Shown here: positions 59,073 through 64,000 of the stretch, one piece after another
Layout of the letters: each line of letters starts with the position of its first letter
How positions within the stretch are numbered: position 1 is the stretch's first letter
Assembly (NCBI RefSeq): GCF_010820565.1
Contig: NZ_JAAIJQ010000003.1
Span: 19,251 to 83,250 of the forward strand
DNA: 64,000 nt
Reading direction: 5' to 3'
From: Thiorhodococcus minor
GTDB taxonomy: Bacteria > Pseudomonadota > Gammaproteobacteria > Chromatiales > Chromatiaceae
Translations under genes and position numbers: made by a program
Notes under the pieces: model-generated
Seen by the model: only the letters and a program-made list of their open reading frames with translations
The model's database searches: none
Told to the model about the DNA's origin: nothing

Positions 59073-59957
59073 CTAGCAGCCGACCTCGCCAGTCTCGGGG
59101 ATCAGCTCCGCGACGGCATCGGCCTGCCCGGCCGCGGCCAGCAGCTCGGGCCAGTCCGCCTCGACGATCTCGACGCCCTTGGTGGCGAGGAAACGGCGCT
59201 CCTTCTCCGTGGGCTCCGGGATCAGGGCCCAGCCGGCGGGCTCGCCTGCCGCATAGATGATGTCGGACATCACCATGCGCTCGGTATCCCGTAGAAAGCG
59301 CAGCCCCAGGAAGAGGTACTGTTTGCCCTGGCGATGGGTCTTGACGAAGGCAGGGATGCCGAAACCGCCCATCAGCTCCGTGAGATAGTCGACGAAGTCG
59401 GCATCCGAAGCGATATAGGTCTCGTCCGGTTTGGGGCTGCCCATGGGCTTGAAGAGGATTGGCAGACTGGGATCGACGTCTTCCTGAGCGACCTCCCGGT
59501 AGGTCTCGCCATCATAGGCGTGGATCCGAAAGCGATAGTCGGTCCCCCCCACTCGGGCGATACCGCGGATGAGCGTATGCGGCTGATCCGCGTAGGAATC
59601 CTGCAGCTGCAGATCGCGGTTGATGTCGATGACGTAGGGCGGGCGGATGCCCTTGATCCAATCCTGTAGGGGCGAGCGTGTCCAGGTACGCTGCGCATAG
59701 GTCGCATTCAGGAACCGATGGACGGCACTCCGGCCCCGCTTGAGCTCGACATCCATGGCGGCACGCGGGAATTCCCACATGAGCCTTGGCGACATGGGCT
59801 TGCCATTGTTCATGGCGATGATGAGGCTGTCGCTGTCGGCCGGCATGGCCTCGCCGTTGGCGACATCCGTGACCCCGCTGAGTGCGCCAGGGCCGAGGTA
59901 AGGGACCAGCTCGCCGCGAGCCAATTGGCCCGCGAGGCTTTCGAGCGTGACTGTCAT
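59073..59957 (-). CDS. Stand-alone SIR2-like (SIR2_2/PF13289-like) domain protein, divergent
   Basis: GELVPYLGPGALSG corresponds to the GAG..S NAD-pocket loop. VIDINRDLQL corresponds to TTNYD, and ILFKPMGSPKPDETYIASDADFVDYL to K.HGS....vlt..DY. YLFLGLRFLRDTER corresponds to LF.G.S..D..l. The catalytic His appears replaced. Internal start with a GGAG ribosome-binding site; the track ORF N-terminus is Arg-rich junk. Confidence 0.45.
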   Translation of the reverse strand: MTVTLESLAGQLARGELVPYLGPGALSGVTDVANGEAMPADSDSLIIAMNNGKPMSPRLMWEFPRAAMDVELKRGRSAVHRFLNATYAQRTWTRSPLQDWIKGIRPPYVIDINRDLQLQDSYADQPHTLIRGIARVGGTDYRFRIHAYDGETYREVAQEDVDPSLPILFKPMGSPKPDETYIASDADFVDYLTELMGGFGIPAFVKTHRQGKQYLFLGLRFLRDTERMVMSDIIYAAGEPAGWALIPEPTEKERRFLATKGVEIVEADWPELLAAAGQADAVAELIPETGEVGC

Positions 59958-60170
59958 TGCGGTTACTCCTGGGCAGTCGATGGATTCAATGAGCCAAGCA
60001 AATAACCTGCCAATACACAAGGAATCGGCACCTTCGGGCCTGCGGCCTTGCCGCACGCGGCCTCGACGGAGCAGGTGCGCACGGCGCTTGAATACGGAGC
60101 CAGACCGCAATGTCGCCCGACGGCGCGACGCTTGTCGCCTTTGCGACAAGCTGGCGCTAAGGCAGCAGAG

Positions 60171-62096
60171 TCAGTCCCTGGGCTTGCGGCGCGGACGCGC
60201 GTCTCGATTGAAGGGCTTGCCGTCGCGCCCAGCGGAGGGACGTCGCGAAGAGCCGCCCTCGCCACCTTGGCGCCGCGGACCCTCGCTGAAGCGCGGCGGC
60301 TTGGCCCGCGGGCCTGCCGAATCGCGGCCGCCGTCACCCGCATCGCGTCCCGCGCCCCAGGAGCGGCGCCCGGAGGCCTCATCGGCCAGGGTGATGCGCA
60401 GCGGCTGGCCGCAAACATAGACGCGCTTGAGGTGCTTGAAGATCTCGCGCGGCATCCCCTCGGGGAGGTCGACGACGGAGTGATCCGTCTGGATGTCGAT
60501 GCGGCCGATGTAGCGCCCTTCCAGACCCGACTCGTTCGCAATGGCGCCGACGATCTCGCGCGGCGTCGCGCCGTGCTGATGGCCGACCTCGATGCGATAG
60601 CTGACCAGATCGGCGTCCCCGCCGCCCTGGCGCGGCCGTTGATTGCCGCGGCGCTCGTCCTGACGGTCCCCGCGCCCAGCATCACCGTCGCGCTCCCGCC
60701 CCCGCCGCGGCTCGCGTCTGCCACGCTCCGCGCGGGAGTCGTCGCGCTCGCGCCGGTAGGGGCGGATCGGATCCTCCTGGACCTCGAGCGGCCGCTCGAG
60801 CTGCCCGAGATAGGCCAAGGCCGCCGCGATGTCCATCATCTCCACCTCCTGCTCCTGGGCGATGCGCGAGAGCAGCCGATAGAAGAAGTCGAGGTCTTGC
60901 TCGGTCAGGGTCTTGAGGACCTCCTGGGTGAAGCGGTCGATCCGCGTCTCGCTGAGCGCCGCGGCGGAGGGCGGATCCATCGCCGGCACCTGGCGCCGAA
61001 TGATGCGCTCGATCGCCCTCAGCAGGCCGCGCTCGCGCGGCTCCACCAGCAAAATGGCACGCCCGGCACGGCCAGCGCGCCCGGTCCGGCCGATGCGGTG
61101 GACATAGGCCGAGGGATCGGTCGGGATGTCGTAGTTCACCACATGGCTGATGCGCTCGACGTCCAGGCCGCGCGCGGCGACGTCGGTCGCCACCAGGATA
61201 TCCAGCTGCCCCTGCTTGAGCCGCTCCACCGTGCGCTCGCGCATCTCCTGATTCATGTCGCCATTCAGCGGCTCGGCGGCGAACCCATGCGCCTTGAGCT
61301 TGTCGGATAGCTCGGTCGTCGTGTTCTTGGTGCGCACGAAGATGAGCATGCCGTCGAAGGGCTCGAGCTCCAGGATCCGTGTCAGCACGTCGAGCTTGTG
61401 GAAGCGGGTGACGACGCAGTGGTGCTGGTCGATGGTGTCGACGGTCTCGGAGTCCGCCTCGATGCGGACCTCGACCGGATCCACCAGACGATCCTGAGCC
61501 ACACGGCGAATGGCCGGTGGCATGGTGGCCGAGAAGAGGGCGACCTGGCGCTCGGCCGGCGCCTGATCGAAGATCCAGTCGATGTCCTCCGCGAAGCCCA
61601 TGTTGAGCATCTCGTCGGCCTCGTCCAGGACCAGGGTGCGAATACCGTCGAGCTGCAGCGTGCCGCGACGGATATGGTCCATCACGCGCCCCGGCGTTCC
61701 GACGATGACCTGCGGATTGCGCTTGAGCTGGCTGAGCTGCAGACCGTACGCCTGCCCGCCGTAGATGGGCAGGACATTGAAGCCTTTGAGGTTGCGCGCA
61801 TAGCCCTGGAAGGCCTCGGCCACCTGCAGCGCCAGCTCGCGCGTCGGCGTCAGCACCAGCAGCTGGGGCCGACGGACATCTGGGTCGATGTTGCTCAGCA
61901 GCGGCAGCGCGAAGGCGGCGGTCTTACCCGTGCCGGTCTGCGCCTGACCGAGTAGATCGCGGCCAGCGAGCAGGTGAGGAATGCACTGGCTTTGAATGGC
62001 GGTCGGGGATTCGTAGCCGAGATCGCGCACGGCCATTGCAATAGCGGGAGAAAGACCGAGCTCGTCGAAGCTGGTGCTCGTGTCGGGGGTGTCCAT
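60171..62096 (-). CDS. deaD: DEAD-box ATP-dependent RNA helicase (DeaD/CsdA-like) with RG-rich C-terminal tail
   Basis: Q-motif, AQTGTGKT, PTRELA, DEAD, SAT and HRIGRTGRAG motifs. Start at MDTPDTSTSFDELGL. Confidence 0.9.
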   Translation of the reverse strand: MDTPDTSTSFDELGLSPAIAMAVRDLGYESPTAIQSQCIPHLLAGRDLLGQAQTGTGKTAAFALPLLSNIDPDVRRPQLLVLTPTRELALQVAEAFQGYARNLKGFNVLPIYGGQAYGLQLSQLKRNPQVIVGTPGRVMDHIRRGTLQLDGIRTLVLDEADEMLNMGFAEDIDWIFDQAPAERQVALFSATMPPAIRRVAQDRLVDPVEVRIEADSETVDTIDQHHCVVTRFHKLDVLTRILELEPFDGMLIFVRTKNTTTELSDKLKAHGFAAEPLNGDMNQEMRERTVERLKQGQLDILVATDVAARGLDVERISHVVNYDIPTDPSAYVHRIGRTGRAGRAGRAILLVEPRERGLLRAIERIIRRQVPAMDPPSAAALSETRIDRFTQEVLKTLTEQDLDFFYRLLSRIAQEQEVEMMDIAAALAYLGQLERPLEVQEDPIRPYRRERDDSRAERGRREPRRGRERDGDAGRGDRQDERRGNQRPRQGGGDADLVSYRIEVGHQHGATPREIVGAIANESGLEGRYIGRIDIQTDHSVVDLPEGMPREIFKHLKRVYVCGQPLRITLADEASGRRSWGAGRDAGDGGRDSAGPRAKPPRFSEGPRRQGGEGGSSRRPSAGRDGKPFNRDARPRRKPRD

Positions 62097-62393
62097 GGTG
62101 GGCCTCTCGAGAGGAAGGTCGCGGCCCGGGAGAAGGCCGAAGGGCCAGCCGAATGATGGGCGCGAAAGTAACAGAGTATTATCAATGATTCTCCGCCTGT
62201 CCGCAACTAATATCTGACCGGAAAGCTCGACTTCTACGCCAACGGCTGGCCGAGTCCGGGCGCCGATCGCCGGCCAGCCGACTTGCACTTCGGAACCCAG
62301 ACACCAGCTTTCTCAGCCATCGCGCCTTGCACAAGCGTCGCAAGGCGCAAGCATTGCAAGACAAATTCAGACGAATCGCCGGAAGGAGCCCCA

Positions 62394-63722
62394 ATGACCC
62401 AAACCAGCGACGCGCGCGGCACCGCCGTCCCCAGCAAACGACTCAGCCGGCTTTGGCACCTCGGACGCGCGACGACCGACCTGGCCGCCGGCATCGGCTT
62501 CACGGGGCTGGTCGACATGGCCCGCACGCGCGGCGGCGGCCAACCGGCACGCATCCAGCTCTCGCCCGAGCACACGCGCCGCTTCACCGACCGCCTGGCC
62601 AAGATGCGCGGCGCCGTGATGAAGATGGGCCAGCTGATGTCGATGGACGGCTCCGACATCTTCACGCCGGAGGCGGCGGAGATCATGGCCTCACTGCGCG
62701 ACCGCGCCGAGCCCATGCCCTTGAGCCAGCTGGCTCAGGTGCTGGAGCGCGAATACGGGTCCGGCTGGGACAAGGGGTTCAAGCGCTTCGACTTCACCCC
62801 CATCGCCTCGGCCTCCATCGGCCAGGTCCATCGCGCGGAGACCAAGGACGGGCGCAAGCTCGCCCTCAAGATCCAGTTTCCCGGCGTGCGCGATAGCATC
62901 GACAGCGATATCGACAACCTCGCCTTTCTCGGCCGCTCGCTCGGCATGGCGCCGAAAGGCATCGACATCGACCCCTTCCTCGAAGAGGCCCGCCGTCAGC
63001 TCCATCGCGAGGCCGACTATGCCGCCGAGGCGGACGCCATGGACGCCTATCGCGAGCGCATCGGCAACGACGAAGCCCTTTTCATCCCCGGCGTCCATCG
63101 CGATCTCACCACCCAGAGCATCCTTGCAATGGACTTCGCCGAGGGCGTGCCGATCGACCACCTGGCCGGACCGGACTACCGCCGCGCCGAGCGCGACCGC
63201 GCCGCCACCCTGCTGATGCGCCTGACCCTGCGCGAGCTCTTCGAGCTCGGCCTGGTCCAGACGGACCCGAATTTCGGCAACTATCTCTACGAAGCCTCGA
63301 ACGGCCGCATCGTGCTGCTGGATTTCGGCGCCACCAAGCCGGTCTCGGCGAAGCTCGTCGAGCAGTACCGCGCGCTCGCCCAGTCCGCGCTCGCCAAAGA
63401 CCGCGGCGCCATGCGGAGCGCCTGCGTGGCACTCGGCTATGTCGGCGAGAACGACCCGAGCGAGCATGTCGATGCGATGGTCGATCTGCTCGAGATGGCC
63501 GCCGAGCCCCTGAAGCACCCGGGCCACTACGACTTCGGCACGTCCAATCTCTTCGAGCGCGTCTACCATAGCGGCCGCGAGCTGTTCCACTCGGGCGCGT
63601 TCACGACCGCGCCCGCGCCGGACACCATGTTCCTGCACCGCAAGTTCATGGGCTCCTTCATGCTCTCCAGGCGACTGCGCGCCCGCGTCGACCTCGCCGA
63701 GATGGCGCGAACCTGCATCTAG
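62394..63722 (+). CDS. ABC1/UbiB-family atypical protein kinase
   Basis: AarF/ABC1 motifs (ASIGQVH, KIQFPGV, HRDLTTQ... with the HxDxxxxN variant, and LDFG). Confidence 0.8.
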   Translation: MTQTSDARGTAVPSKRLSRLWHLGRATTDLAAGIGFTGLVDMARTRGGGQPARIQLSPEHTRRFTDRLAKMRGAVMKMGQLMSMDGSDIFTPEAAEIMASLRDRAEPMPLSQLAQVLEREYGSGWDKGFKRFDFTPIASASIGQVHRAETKDGRKLALKIQFPGVRDSIDSDIDNLAFLGRSLGMAPKGIDIDPFLEEARRQLHREADYAAEADAMDAYRERIGNDEALFIPGVHRDLTTQSILAMDFAEGVPIDHLAGPDYRRAERDRAATLLMRLTLRELFELGLVQTDPNFGNYLYEASNGRIVLLDFGATKPVSAKLVEQYRALAQSALAKDRGAMRSACVALGYVGENDPSEHVDAMVDLLEMAAEPLKHPGHYDFGTSNLFERVYHSGRELFHSGAFTTAPAPDTMFLHRKFMGSFMLSRRLRARVDLAEMARTCI

Positions 63723-63899
63723 CCGACTCGCCCGCAAGCGGGCTCCTTACGCGCGCGGCGCCTCCCCCCTGATACGGGGAGAGGTGCTGCTGAGCCGCCC
63801 CGACGGATCCGCACCCCACGCGGGGCCGGCCGCGCGCGGGCGGTTTCCGACCTCGGCGCGCCGCATACGCTCAGGCCCGGAACTTGGTAGAGTTCCCAC

Positions 63900-64000
63900 A
63901 TGGAATTGCAGAGTTTTATCGTCTCCGCGATCGTGCTGCTGACGGCGGCGGCGCTCTCTGTCGCCCTCTTCAAGCACCTTGGGCTCGGCTCCATCCTGGG
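63900..64000 (+). CDS. KefB/KefC-like monovalent cation:proton antiporter, N-terminal fragment (runs off window)
   Basis: MELQSFIVSAIVLLTAAALSVALFKHLGLGSILG parallels the KefB/KefC N-terminus (...RLGLGSVLGYL). Confidence 0.55.
   Translation, partial: MELQSFIVSAIVLLTAAALSVALFKHLGLGSIL

Noticed and set aside
62691-63737. 348-aa minus-strand ORF
   Set aside because: Antisense to the ubiB-like kinase gene.

Overview
High-GC (~65%) proteobacterial chromosome segment whose content suggests a diazotrophic purple-sulfur-type gammaproteobacterium; this is an inference from gene content, not from any search. It has Azotobacter-like nif-regulatory synteny: rnfABCDGEH is divergent from nifL-nifA, and nifB-fdxN-nifO-nifQ-draG lies downstream, with ferredoxins, a flavodiiron protein and a hemerythrin. 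The expected nifLA-nifB adjacency is interrupted by about 6 kb carrying two VapBC toxin-antitoxin pairs, an amino-acid (APC-family) permease, a fused TsdB-TsdA thiosulfate dehydrogenase and a membrane protein with a Gly/Cys-rich tail. The left half carries three c-di-GMP turnover genes, one of them operonic with a periplasmic binding protein. It also carries a conserved but uncharacterized five-gene membrane module (RDD / SpoIIM-like / DUF4129-like / DUF4350-like / MoxR ATPase) that lacks the usual DUF58 partner. Housekeeping genes make up most of the rest: lpp next to an L,D-transpeptidase, an EF-G paralog, feoAB, sixA, a fructosamine-kinase homolog with an HNH endonuclease, priA, argS, rtcB, an SPFH protein, tRNA-Gln, deaD and a ubiB-like kinase, plus a lone SIR2-like protein. 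Two dispersed repeat families sit in intergenic spacers, including intra-operon spacers of rnf and nifB-fdxN: a ~63-bp REP-like palindrome in 3 copies and a ~135-bp inverted-arm element in 2 full copies plus solo arms. There is also a perfect 10-copy heptanucleotide microsatellite. Candidate sigma-54 promoters with TGT-N10-ACA NifA-type upstream sites precede nifB and the rnf operon. No CRISPR array, rRNA, integrase or transposase was seen. Coordinates were derived from the ORF track by codon arithmetic; fine positions of short motifs may be off by 1-2 nt.
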